Assembly: GCA_964518085.1 (NCBI GenBank)
Contig: CAZFEA010000001.1
Span: 1 to 29,248, forward strand
Length of the DNA stretch: 29,248 bases
Direction: 5' to 3'
Origin: an uncultured Dehalococcoidia bacterium
Lineage (GTDB): Bacteria > Chloroflexota > Dehalococcoidia > JACQUA01
This document shows, one piece after another, positions 16,351 through 24,286 of the stretch. The translations under genes were made by a program, and so were the position numbers. The notes under the pieces are model-generated. The model was not told the origin of the DNA. It did not search any database and saw only the letters and a program-made list of their open reading frames with translations. Each line of letters starts with the position of its first letter. Position 1 is the stretch's first letter.

Positions 16351-17787
16351 TTAAAGCGCAGGATGCCTGGTATGCCAGGGGGTAGCTTGCTCATAGGCGT
16401 GTGCGACGCGCATAACCGTCGTTTCCTCAAACGGCCGTCCGGCAAGCTGCAGTCCGATGGGGAGGCCGTTCCTGGCAAACCCGCAGGGAACTGAAAGCGC
16501 CGGCATTCCTGTCAGGTTGTACACAATTCCGTAAGCCATATCGGGCGGCCCGGCTACTACCTGGCCGTCTACGTGGATCACTCCTGCGGCGGCTTCCTTC
16601 AAGGTCTGGCCGGCGACGGGCTTCATGGGCGTCGCAATCACATCGACTTTGCGCAGAGCTTCATCAAATTCGCGGATCAGTATCCGCCTTGCCTTTTGGG
16701 CGTCAATATAAAACGACGCCGGCATTACCCTTGCCACCAGGTACCTTACAACTATGTCTGCACCCAAGTCTCTGATCGAACCATTGTAGCGTCTGAGCAG
16801 ATCGCGCAGCCGGGTGGCGTGCCCCTCGGCCATCAAGATCGGCGACTCCATTGCCGCGGTGTACTCCGCCTTAGCATGGGGCAAAGACACCTCATCCACC
16901 GCCATTCCCAGGCTTTCCAGGACACAGACAGCCTCGCTGATTGCTCTACTTACCTCGGTTGATACAGAAGTATAAGGCTCTCTTGGTATCCCAACCCGCA
17001 ACCCCTTGACATTGCCGTTCAGACCGGCCCTGAAATCATGCACGGGCATGCGGGCACTGCCAGGGTCCCTTTCATCGTAGCCGGACAGGATGGCGAGGAC
17101 GATGGCGCAGTCTTCTACCGTCCGGGTAAGGGGGCCGGTGTGGTCCACCGATGACTGGGGAGCGAAGACCAGTCCATACCGGCTGACCCGTCCGTATGTC
17201 GGTTTGAGCCCGACGATGCCGCAGGCCTGGGCAGGGTATCTGATAGACCCGGCCCCATCGGTTCCCAGCGCGGCGGCGCATAAGCCGGCAGCTACTGCTG
17301 CTCCCGAACCGCCGCTGGAACCCCCGGGGGTGTAGTCGCGGTTCCAGGGATTGAGGGTTGTCCCGAAGTGCGGGTTGATGGTGGAGCCGCCATACGCCAG
17401 TTCATGCAAATTCAGCTTGCCGGTGATAATCGCGCCGGCCCTTTTGAGGCTCTCCACAGAGGCGGCATCGTGGTCGGGGATAAAGTCCTTCAAAAGCTTG
17501 GAACCTCCAGCAGATCGCACCCCCTTCATGCCCAGATTGTCTTTAATGCCGACGGGGATGCCGTGCAAAGGGCCCTTATATCCTCCACGGGCTATTTCGC
17601 CCTCGGCGACTATCGCCGCCCGCCGGCTTTCCTCTTCGAGCAAGTTCACGTAGCAATGCAAAGTAGGGTCTACGGCTTTGATCCGGGCCAGGTGGGCCTC
17701 GCAGACTTCCCGGGGAGAAACGGCCCTGCGGGCAATGAGACCAGAAAGGGCGGCAATGGAAGAGTAGACCAATTCTGGCTGGTTCAT
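16351..17787 (-). CDS. Amidase signature family (GatA/AtzE-like) amidase
   Basis: Lys in GIKDN, GKLNLHE, PGGSSGGSGAAVAAG, GTDGAGSIRYPA, GLKPTYG, LPIGLQL. Confidence 0.93.
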   Translation of the reverse strand: MNQPELVYSSIAALSGLIARRAVSPREVCEAHLARIKAVDPTLHCYVNLLEEESRRAAIVAEGEIARGGYKGPLHGIPVGIKDNLGMKGVRSAGGSKLLKDFIPDHDAASVESLKRAGAIITGKLNLHELAYGGSTINPHFGTTLNPWNRDYTPGGSSGGSGAAVAAGLCAAALGTDGAGSIRYPAQACGIVGLKPTYGRVSRYGLVFAPQSSVDHTGPLTRTVEDCAIVLAILSGYDERDPGSARMPVHDFRAGLNGNVKGLRVGIPREPYTSVSTEVSRAISEAVCVLESLGMAVDEVSLPHAKAEYTAAMESPILMAEGHATRLRDLLRRYNGSIRDLGADIVVRYLVARVMPASFYIDAQKARRILIREFDEALRKVDVIATPMKPVAGQTLKEAAAGVIHVDGQVVAGPPDMAYGIVYNLTGMPALSVPCGFARNGLPIGLQLAGRPFEETTVMRVAHAYEQATPWHTRHPAL

Positions 17788-17963
17788 GTTCCCGTCTCCC
17801 TCGAAAACCTGACAACGGGCTCTTCATCAGCAATAGGCATTTCATTCAGTCTCTTGTTGGCCTCTACCATTTCATGGAACCGCCTGGTCACCAGCTCTAA
17901 CTCTTCCTGGCTGAGTTGCACACCAACCATATCTTCCATCAATCGCTGTACCATTTCCTTCAT
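17784..17963 (-). CDS. Small GatC/AtzG-like partner of the amidase
   Basis: About 59 aa with pattern LSQEEL...L..M..ADEEPV; ATGA overlap with the amidase start. ATG17963 after AAGGA; TTG17978 is the alternative start. Confidence 0.6.
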   Translation of the reverse strand: MKEMVQRLMEDMVGVQLSQEELELVTRRFHEMVEANKRLNEMPIADEEPVVRFSRETGT

Positions 17964-17999
17964 CCTATTTTCCTTCAATCCGAAGTCGGTATGCTATCA

Positions 18000-18082
18000 T
18001 CCGCCTCCAGGACCAGGATTTCGCAGACCAAAGGTAAACGATAAGCCCTTACCATTTCTAGCAGCAAAAGTCCTGGAGCGGA
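18000..18082. other. Long imperfect inverted repeat / stem-loop in the intergenic region
   Basis: TCCGC(C)TCCAGGAC at 18000-18013 pairs with GTCCTGGAGCGGA at 18070-18082 (13 bp, one bulge); inner GGTAA/TTACC hairpin. Confidence 0.55.
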
Positions 18083-18084
18083 CT

Positions 18085-19220
18085 TCATTTACGCAGGGCG
18101 GAGAAAATCTCGCCTACCCTGTCGCGGATCGCCGCCTGGGTGCGCAGGTAGGCTTCATCGGGAACGCTCGCCCCCGCGGGTGGCAGCACCAGCGGATCGA
18201 AACTGTCGGTGGGAACATCCACTCGCTGCGACGGGAAGCCCTGGGCCGGGGCCCACACCGAGGCGCCTTCCTTGCTCACCAGCCAGTTGACAAAGAGTTT
18301 TACCGCGTTGGGGTGAGGGGCCTTATCGAAAACGAAGAGATTACCGGCGCCCGAAGCCAGGAAAGGCGGCTCCTTCAAAATGGTGAAAGCTATCGGGGCG
18401 CCCAATTTCTTGAACTCGGTGAACATGGCCGAGCTCTGTCCGATGCCTACAGGGTATTTCCCGCGGGCCACCCATTCCAGCATCATGCGCTGGTCCCTGG
18501 TCATGACCGGTTCATTGGCCGCCAACTGGCGCAGTATTTCCAGCGTCCCGTCGACGCCGAAGATTTCCTTGGCCATGAGGGTGATGAAGCTGAGGGATGC
18601 GCCGGGGACGGCCGGGTCCGACAGCACCATCTTGCCCTTCCACTTCGGCCCGACGTAATCCAGGAAGGAGGTTATTTCTCCTTCCCTTATTATGTCGGTG
18701 TTGTGGATAGAGGGCCGGTTGGCCATGGCCACAGTTACCAGGAGATGGCGGTCTTCGTCCAGGTAGGGAATCTTCCCGTTGCGCCACCTGCCCGGGTCGG
18801 TGACCTCGGGCAAGACCAGCAGTTCCGGCAGGGGAACAGTGATCGCCATGGGCTTGATGTCAACAAAAAATGGACCGTTTCCGGTCAGGCCGGCGTCGGC
18901 CCAGTAGAGTCCGGCCCTTCTCTCGGCCTTGATCTTGGCAATGACCTCGGTGGCGCGTCCCTCAGTGGCTTCGATGTCTATGCCGAATTTTGCCTTGAAG
19001 GCCCGCTGGATGGCGGCTTTGGCCGGGCCCCAGTCCGAGCCAACAGGTTCACCGTGCCCTCCTTCTGGGCGGCCTTGACCAGCTCGTCCCACGAGTTGGC
19101 CGGGGGCGCCGGCGCCCTGACCGGCGGCGTGGGGGCGCCCGTGGGCTGGGCCGGCGCCGCGCAGGCGACGATCAGGACCATCAGAAACGCTGCACCAATC
19201 AAACTTGAACACTTTTTCAT
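18085..19220 (-). pseudogene. Solute-binding lipoprotein paralog split by a 1-nt deletion at about 19039-19041
   Basis: ATG19220 (RBS AGGAG) gives MKKCSS...IVAC...QKEGTVNLL in one frame; the homologous remainder SDWGPAKAAIQRAFKAKFGIDIE...FSALRK is in the -1 frame. Junction: GTG AAC CTG TTG GC TCG GAC TGG. Confidence 0.8.
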
Positions 19221-19328
19221 CGTATCTCTCCTTGCCTCGCAGATTAACAACGAATGGATCGGGTCATGCGCCTGAGGCGTACCATCAAGGACGAAAATTG
19301 GCCTATCAACGCGAGGAGGCCCGATTTC

Positions 19329-19420
19329 CCTCCCCCTTTCGCAAAAGGGGGATACAGGGGGATTTGCCCTGGACAGCTTTTTTTCAAATCCCCCTTAGTC
19401 CCCCTTTTTCAAAGGGGGAG
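19329..19420. repeat. Inverted pair of family-1 REP-like elements (REPIN/BIME-like)
   Basis: 19331-19365 forward and 19386-19419 reverse, 20-nt spacer; the reverse copy matches 1693-1726 at 32/34. Confidence 0.85.
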
Positions 19421-19430
19421 AGCAGATAGC

Positions 19431-19479
19431 TGTCACCTGTTGCCTGTTACCTGTTGCCTTTTTCCTTTCGCCTTTTACC
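19431..19479. repeat. Seven degenerate tandem heptamers TKTYDCC
   Basis: TGTCACC TGTTGCC TGTTACC TGTTGCC TTTTTCC TTTCGCC TTTTACC; the last base overlaps the stop codon of the 19479-20237 gene. Confidence 0.8.
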
Positions 19480-20237
19480 TATTGATACAGCGTCCGGAAA
19501 ATCCTCCCCCAGGCCTTGACCGGCTCTTTGATACCCAGCGCCTTGAGTCCGGCCCAGATGGTGACCTGCCGGCTGTGAATGGCCGGGACGCCGCAGTCCT
19601 GTTCCAGACGATCAATGACCCACGGGGGACACCAGGCGCCGCAAGGGAGATATATGGCTTCCGCCTGAGGCGCCTCCAGGAACGCCTGCCTGCCCACGGC
19701 ATAAGCCGCGCTCCGCGGCAGGTCGTCGATATCGCGGTTCAGCGTCAGGTTGAGACTCTTTATATGGATTACCTCGAAGCCGCTGGACTCCAGGAATCTT
19801 TTGGTCCGCTGGTCCGATTCCTGGTTCATGGGCGAAGCGATAACCAGCTTTTTAACTTTCAAGGTGCGAAGGGCATCGACGGCGGCAGTCAGAGAGGTGG
19901 TTGCCGGGACCCTGGCCACCTCTTTCACGCGCCGGATGATTTGCTGGTCAGCCCCCGGTCCCTGCATCGAGACCAGCGGCGTCCCTTCGACGAAAATGAA
20001 TTGGGAGCCGGCCGCGGCCAGTCGCTTGACGGCATCGTCCAGCTTGGACAGGGCCGTTTCCACCTGGTCGTCGGTGAGGGAGGTTATTCCCAGGGTGGCA
20101 ATCTTCAGTTCCAGGCCGTCGGGCACGGCGGAATGGAAGTCCACCAGGGCCAGAGACGATGGGGTGGCGGGGCAGACCCAGCCCAGTTTTCCCCTCCATC
20201 CGGCTACGCCGTCGGTTGCTGGTATGTCAGCAGGCAT
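19479..20237 (-). CDS. Asp/Glu racemase superfamily, maleate isomerase/arylmalonate decarboxylase-like protein with a single catalytic Cys
   Basis: KLGWVCP, FVEGTPL, VPATTSLTAAVDALRTL, IYLPCGAW, GVPAIHS...WAGLKALG. RBS AAGGAG. Confidence 0.85.
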   Translation of the reverse strand: MPADIPATDGVAGWRGKLGWVCPATPSSLALVDFHSAVPDGLELKIATLGITSLTDDQVETALSKLDDAVKRLAAAGSQFIFVEGTPLVSMQGPGADQQIIRRVKEVARVPATTSLTAAVDALRTLKVKKLVIASPMNQESDQRTKRFLESSGFEVIHIKSLNLTLNRDIDDLPRSAAYAVGRQAFLEAPQAEAIYLPCGAWCPPWVIDRLEQDCGVPAIHSRQVTIWAGLKALGIKEPVKAWGRIFRTLYQ

Positions 20238-20255
20238 TTCAAGTCTCCTTCAGAG

Positions 20256-20284
20256 TGTCATTGCGAGCGCAGCGAAGCAATCCC
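20256..20284 (+). repeat. REP-like palindrome TGTCATTGCGAGCGCAGCGAAGCAATCCC
   Basis: ATTGC...GCAAT arms around a GCGCAGCGA core; resembles a widespread GTCATTGCGAG...GCAATC intergenic repeat type (recalled, not searched). Confidence 0.55.
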
Positions 20285-20287
20285 GTC

Positions 20288-20323
20288 CCCCTCACCTTAA
20301 TCCTCTCCCTCAAGGGGAGAGGA
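20288..20323 (-). repeat. REP-like element family 2 (TCCTCTCCCC-TTGA-GGGAGAGGATTAAGGTGAGGGG)
   Basis: Matches 24192-24227 at 34/36 in inverted orientation; contains the TAA stop of the 20297-21997 gene. Confidence 0.85.
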
Positions 20324-21997
20324 AACCGATGTCACGCCATAGATGCTTTTCGCCGCTTCGGCGGTGATGTACCCGTTCTCCAGGTCCGCCAGCACTTTGC
20401 TTCTCCCCCGCTCATGCGGGTCGCCGACTCCGCCGCCGCCGCACAGCTCGAGCCGCAGGATGTCACCCGATTTCAAGATAACATCCCCGACGCGGGCGGG
20501 CAACCGCCGCTCGGTGGGAGAATCCGGGTTAACTATCGCCGCCCCCCTTCTGCCCGCCATGCCTCCCCCGACCCCCCAGGGCTCCATGACAAACTTGTCG
20601 CTCCGGGTGCTCAGCCGGGTCTCTTCGCCAAGCATGAGATATTCCCGGACATAGCCCGGGCCACCCCGGAATTTGCCCGGACCGCCTGAATCGGGAATGA
20701 GGTGAAATTGCAGGAACCTCACCGGGAACTCTGCTTCCAGTATCTCCAGCGGGGCCAGTTTTATCGCCTGGTTGCTGCACCTCAGGCCGGCCCCGAATCC
20801 CCCGTCGTCCCCGTCCACCGCCCCGGCGCCGGAGCGGAGTATTTCGTATTGCACGTAGGACTGCCCCGCTTCGGTCCTGCCGCCCATGGCCATGGTCTGG
20901 CCGCCACCGCTGCAGGCGATGGCTTTTCGTCCGGCCAGTTTGGCCAGGGTGGCCACGACCATTTCGGTGGCCAGTATCAGCGTTTGGGCGTAGCAGTTGA
21001 CCGGCGCCGGAAGGGCAGGGTTGGTAACTGTCTTCTCGCCGCAGTTAACCGCGATGCAGCGGTGCAGCCCGTAGTTATTGGGCAGCCTGGGGTCGACCAT
21101 GGCAATCACGCCGTAGTAGCAGGCCGCCCTCACCAGGGGCGGACGGAGATTCACCGGCCCCTTGCATTGCGGCGCGCTGCCGGAGAAATCGAAAAGGACC
21201 CGGTCTTGTTCCTTGACCACGGAAAGGTGAAGCCTGACCGGCCTTTCCAGGTCAATGCCGTCGTTGTCCAGGAAAGCCTCCATTTCAGCCCGGCCGTCCG
21301 GCCACCGGGCGATCTCGGACCTGACCCTCTTTTCAGTGATGTCGAACAGTTCTTCGAAACAGCCCAGAACCAGTCCCTTGCCGTACTTGTTCATCAGGTT
21401 TTCGACCCGCATCTCCCCCAGGCGGCAGGTGCCTATCTGGCCCTGGATATCGCCCAGCACCACGTCGGGCGTTCTGCTGTTGGCCCTTATGATTGCCTCG
21501 ATTTCTTTCGACAGCTTCTGCCCGCGGGCGCATTTTACCGGTGGAAAGTGAATCCCCTCGTGAAATATTTCCCGCGCCTGGCCGGACCCGCTGCCGGGGA
21601 CCAGTCCGCCCAGGTCGCTCTTATGGGCCATGCTACCGCAAAAACCCACCAGTTCGCTGTCATGGAAGACGGGGGTAATTACCGCCATGTCCATGGCGTG
21701 CGGGCTTCCTCCGAGATAGGGATGGTTTACCAGAAAGGCGTCGCCGGGGGCGATTTCTTCATAGGGATAGCTTTGCAGGAGGGATTCTATGATCGCCGGA
21801 AACGACCCGATATGGAAGTAAATGGTGATGTGCTGGCCAACCAGCCTGCCCTTCCGGTCGAGGATGGCGCAACTGGCGTCTTGAGACTCGCGGATAATAG
21901 TCGAATAGCCGGTCCGGAACAGCGACGTCTCCATCTCCCGGACTATTCCCGAAAGACTGCTGCTTATTACTTCAAGGGTTATGGGGTCAATGGCCAT
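20297..21997 (-). CDS. Hydantoinase B/oxoprolinase family subunit (second paralog, no gamma fusion)
   Basis: DPITLEV, STIIRESQDASCA, NHPYLGGSPHAMD, AHKSDLGG, HEGIHFPPV, GPGKFRGG, GGGGVGDPHER. Confidence 0.92.
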   Translation of the reverse strand: MAIDPITLEVISSSLSGIVREMETSLFRTGYSTIIRESQDASCAILDRKGRLVGQHITIYFHIGSFPAIIESLLQSYPYEEIAPGDAFLVNHPYLGGSPHAMDMAVITPVFHDSELVGFCGSMAHKSDLGGLVPGSGSGQAREIFHEGIHFPPVKCARGQKLSKEIEAIIRANSRTPDVVLGDIQGQIGTCRLGEMRVENLMNKYGKGLVLGCFEELFDITEKRVRSEIARWPDGRAEMEAFLDNDGIDLERPVRLHLSVVKEQDRVLFDFSGSAPQCKGPVNLRPPLVRAACYYGVIAMVDPRLPNNYGLHRCIAVNCGEKTVTNPALPAPVNCYAQTLILATEMVVATLAKLAGRKAIACSGGGQTMAMGGRTEAGQSYVQYEILRSGAGAVDGDDGGFGAGLRCSNQAIKLAPLEILEAEFPVRFLQFHLIPDSGGPGKFRGGPGYVREYLMLGEETRLSTRSDKFVMEPWGVGGGMAGRRGAAIVNPDSPTERRLPARVGDVILKSGDILRLELCGGGGVGDPHERGRSKVLADLENGYITAEAAKSIYGVTSVSSPLEGED

Positions 21998-24077
21998 GCT
22001 TATTCAAATCCGCTTCCTTCACTGTAATGATAATGTTTCCATACCGGTCGACCCGCCCCGACTGGCCGGGACAGATGACCGTGGACGAGTCCATCTGCTC
22101 AATGACACAGGGCCCCGGGATCAGGTGACCGGGCCCCAGCAAATCCCTTTCATAGATAGGACATCCGGCGTCGCCGCCGAACTCGCCGAAGTATAAATGC
22201 CTGTGGCCCTTGACCGCGGCCTCCGGGCCGCGGGCTGCCGGTGAGGATTCTTTGATAGCCAGTTTGGGTACCTTGACCTGCGACACCACGCGGTAGTTGA
22301 CGATGTCCACCGGGGCCGCCTCGGCCTTGTGGCCAAAGAGTTTTTCGTGCATTTCGTCAAACCGTGACCTTATCAACGCCAGGTCCGGCTGCTCAAGATG
22401 TCCGCCCGGTGCGGGTACGATAAGCTCATATCCCTGGCCGGAATAGCGCAGGTCCAGGTAGAACGTCAGATCCACCTCAACCTCGGAGAAGCCCTCATCC
22501 AGCAATTCGCGCACTGCCTGGCTCTTCAGGTCATCGAACTGGGCGTTGACTCCATCAACACGCGTTTTGGCCAGGGACTGGAGTCGTGACCGGGCATAAT
22601 CATGCCTGACGTCCGACATGAGCAGACCCATGGCCGAGGTCAACCCCGGCGCCGGGGGAACGAGGACTGTCGGAATTCCCAGGGCAGCCGCCAGCATGCC
22701 GCCGTGGACCGGCCCGGCGCCGCCAAAGGCCACCAGGGCAAACTGGCGCAGGTCGTAGCCCCTTTCCGAGGAAACCGCCTTTATGGCCTGCTCCATGTTC
22801 ACATTTACGATTCTCAGGATGCCCTCGGCCGCCTTGACTGTGTCGATACCAAGAGGAATCCCGATCTTTTGCCTGATGGCTTCTTCTGCCCGCTGCCTGT
22901 TCAGCTTTATCTTGCCGCCCAGGAAATTTTCGGCATTGAGGTATCCCAGCACCAGGTTGGCATCGGTGACCGTCGGATCGGTCCCGCCCTTGTCATAGCA
23001 GGCCGGGCCGGGGTCGGCGCCGGCGCTTCGCGGCCCCACTTTGGGTACCCCCAGGTTGTCGATCCAGGCGATGCTGCCGCCCCCCGCCCCGATGGTGTTG
23101 ATGTCTATCAGCGGAGTGGCCGCTTCCCATTTCCCGACCTGTCCGGTTGTTACCTGTACCGCTTCGCCGTCTTCCAACAAGGCGATGTCCGAGCTGGTGC
23201 CGCCAACATCGAAAGTGATGGCATTTCGAAAACCCGCCCGCACCGCCAGTTCCCTCCCGGCGATGACCCCCGCTGCCGGTCCCGACAGGATGGCGGGCAC
23301 CGCTTTGGTTGAGGCCATGCCGAAGGTTGACACCCCCCCGTTGCATTGCATTACATAACGTTCGTTGGTGACCACCCCAGCCTGTACCAGCTTCTGCTGT
23401 ATATTGCCCAGGTACCGGGCCAGAACGGGGGCGATGGAAGCGTTCACCAGCGTCGTGGAAAGTCGCAGGTATTCGCGGATTTGGGGGATCACTTCCGTGG
23501 ACAGAGAGACCGATATTGCCGGATATTGCTCCTTGATGATCGCTTTGAGCCGGGTTTCATGCTCCGGGTTCATGAAGGAATGCAACAGGCATACCGCTAT
23601 GGACTCGACATTCCTGTTCACCAGCCGGGCCACGGCCTCCCGGGCCTGTCGCTGGTCGAGAGGGGTCAGTACTTTTCCTCGGAAATCTATCCTCTCATGG
23701 ATATCCTCGCAGAAACGTGGTTCGAGCAGGCCTTTCGGCATCTCGGCATAAAGGTCGTAAAGGCTGGGACCGGTCATGGCCCCCTGGTAGATGTCGTTGA
23801 TCCCGCGAAGGCCCCCGGTCACCAGGGCGCCGACCCTGGCGCCCCTGTCCTGGAGCAGGGCATTGGTGCCCACGGTAGTGCCGTGGGAAAAGAAGGCGAC
23901 ATCCGCCGGTCTCACCTTTTTCTGGAACAACTGCTTCATCCCTGCATCCACTGCTTCCGAGGGGTCCCTGGGCACCGAAGGCACCTTGATGTGAAGTACG
24001 TCGCTCGTCTCCTCGTTGAAGATGACGAAGTCGGTGAAGGTGCCGCCGACATCGACTCCGATTCTGTAGCGTGCTAT
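21987..24077 (-). CDS. Hydantoinase A/oxoprolinase family subunit (second paralog); apparent ATA start codon
   Basis: Frame extends 31 codons upstream of the track's GTG23984 and includes RIGVDVGGTFTD. AGGAG is 7 nt before ATA24077; in-frame TGA at 24095-24093. Motifs HGTTVGTN, SGPAAG, DVGGTS, GAGGGSIAW. Confidence 0.88.
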   Translation of the reverse strand: MARYRIGVDVGGTFTDFVIFNEETSDVLHIKVPSVPRDPSEAVDAGMKQLFQKKVRPADVAFFSHGTTVGTNALLQDRGARVGALVTGGLRGINDIYQGAMTGPSLYDLYAEMPKGLLEPRFCEDIHERIDFRGKVLTPLDQRQAREAVARLVNRNVESIAVCLLHSFMNPEHETRLKAIIKEQYPAISVSLSTEVIPQIREYLRLSTTLVNASIAPVLARYLGNIQQKLVQAGVVTNERYVMQCNGGVSTFGMASTKAVPAILSGPAAGVIAGRELAVRAGFRNAITFDVGGTSSDIALLEDGEAVQVTTGQVGKWEAATPLIDINTIGAGGGSIAWIDNLGVPKVGPRSAGADPGPACYDKGGTDPTVTDANLVLGYLNAENFLGGKIKLNRQRAEEAIRQKIGIPLGIDTVKAAEGILRIVNVNMEQAIKAVSSERGYDLRQFALVAFGGAGPVHGGMLAAALGIPTVLVPPAPGLTSAMGLLMSDVRHDYARSRLQSLAKTRVDGVNAQFDDLKSQAVRELLDEGFSEVEVDLTFYLDLRYSGQGYELIVPAPGGHLEQPDLALIRSRFDEMHEKLFGHKAEAAPVDIVNYRVVSQVKVPKLAIKESSPAARGPEAAVKGHRHLYFGEFGGDAGCPIYERDLLGPGHLIPGPCVIEQMDSSTVICPGQSGRVDRYGNIIITVKEADLNKHGH

Positions 24078-24109
24078 TGGCCGTCTCCTGACTCAAATGA
24101 GGGTAGGGC

Positions 24110-24139
24110 ATAGTAGCACGCTGAATTTTGTGTTGTCAA
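24110..24139 (-). promoter_or_regulatory. Sigma70-type promoter for operon C
   Basis: Minus strand TTGACA (24139-24134), 18 nt ending in TGc, TACTAT (24115-24110). Confidence 0.65.
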
Positions 24140-24153
24140 ACGCTGAAAAGCTG

Positions 24154-24174
24154 GCAGCATGATATAATTGCTGC
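24154..24174 (+). promoter_or_regulatory. Extended -10 promoter (TGaTATAAT) framed by the inverted repeat GCAGCA-N9-TGCTGC
   Basis: TATAAT at 24163-24168 with TG at 24160-24161; arms at 24154-24159 and 24169-24174; upstream of the toxin-antitoxin pair. Confidence 0.55.
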
Positions 24175-24191
24175 AAAAATACCACGCTGTC

Positions 24192-24227
24192 TCCTCTCCC
24201 CCTGCGGGAGAGGATTAAGGTGAGGGG
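24192..24227 (+). repeat. REP-like element family 2, second copy
   Basis: TCCTCTCCCCCTGCGGGAGAGGATTAAGGTGAGGGG; both differences from 20288-20323 fall in the hairpin loop region. Confidence 0.85.
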
Positions 24228-24286
24228 ACGTCATTTCACCAGTATCACGGTACAAACGATCATCCCAAAGTGCGGGAGAGGAACCC

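Noticed and set aside
16351-17963. gatCA of the tRNA amidotransferase
   Set aside because: No gatB follows, and the context is catabolic; kept as a generic amidase with a GatC-like partner.
19021-19080. Programmed -1 frameshift in the binding-protein gene
   Set aside because: No X-XXY-YYZ slippery site or homopolymer at the junction; a simple deletion or sequencing error is more parsimonious.
17368-19275. 635-aa plus-strand ORF and other long antisense ORFs (19254-20300, 20702-22027, 7865-8851, 3450-4247)
   Set aside because: Shadow frames opposite genes with clear family motifs; no motifs of their own; expected at this GC content.
19254-19328. Short plus-strand ORF start MDRVMRLRRTIKDENWP with the small palindrome CGCC-TGA-GGCG
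   Set aside because: No RBS or recognisable homology, runs into repeats, and the 4-bp stem is at chance level.
20284-24230. Insertion sequence or composite transposon
   Set aside because: No transposase or recombinase ORF in the window and no evident target-site duplication; reported only as repeat geometry.
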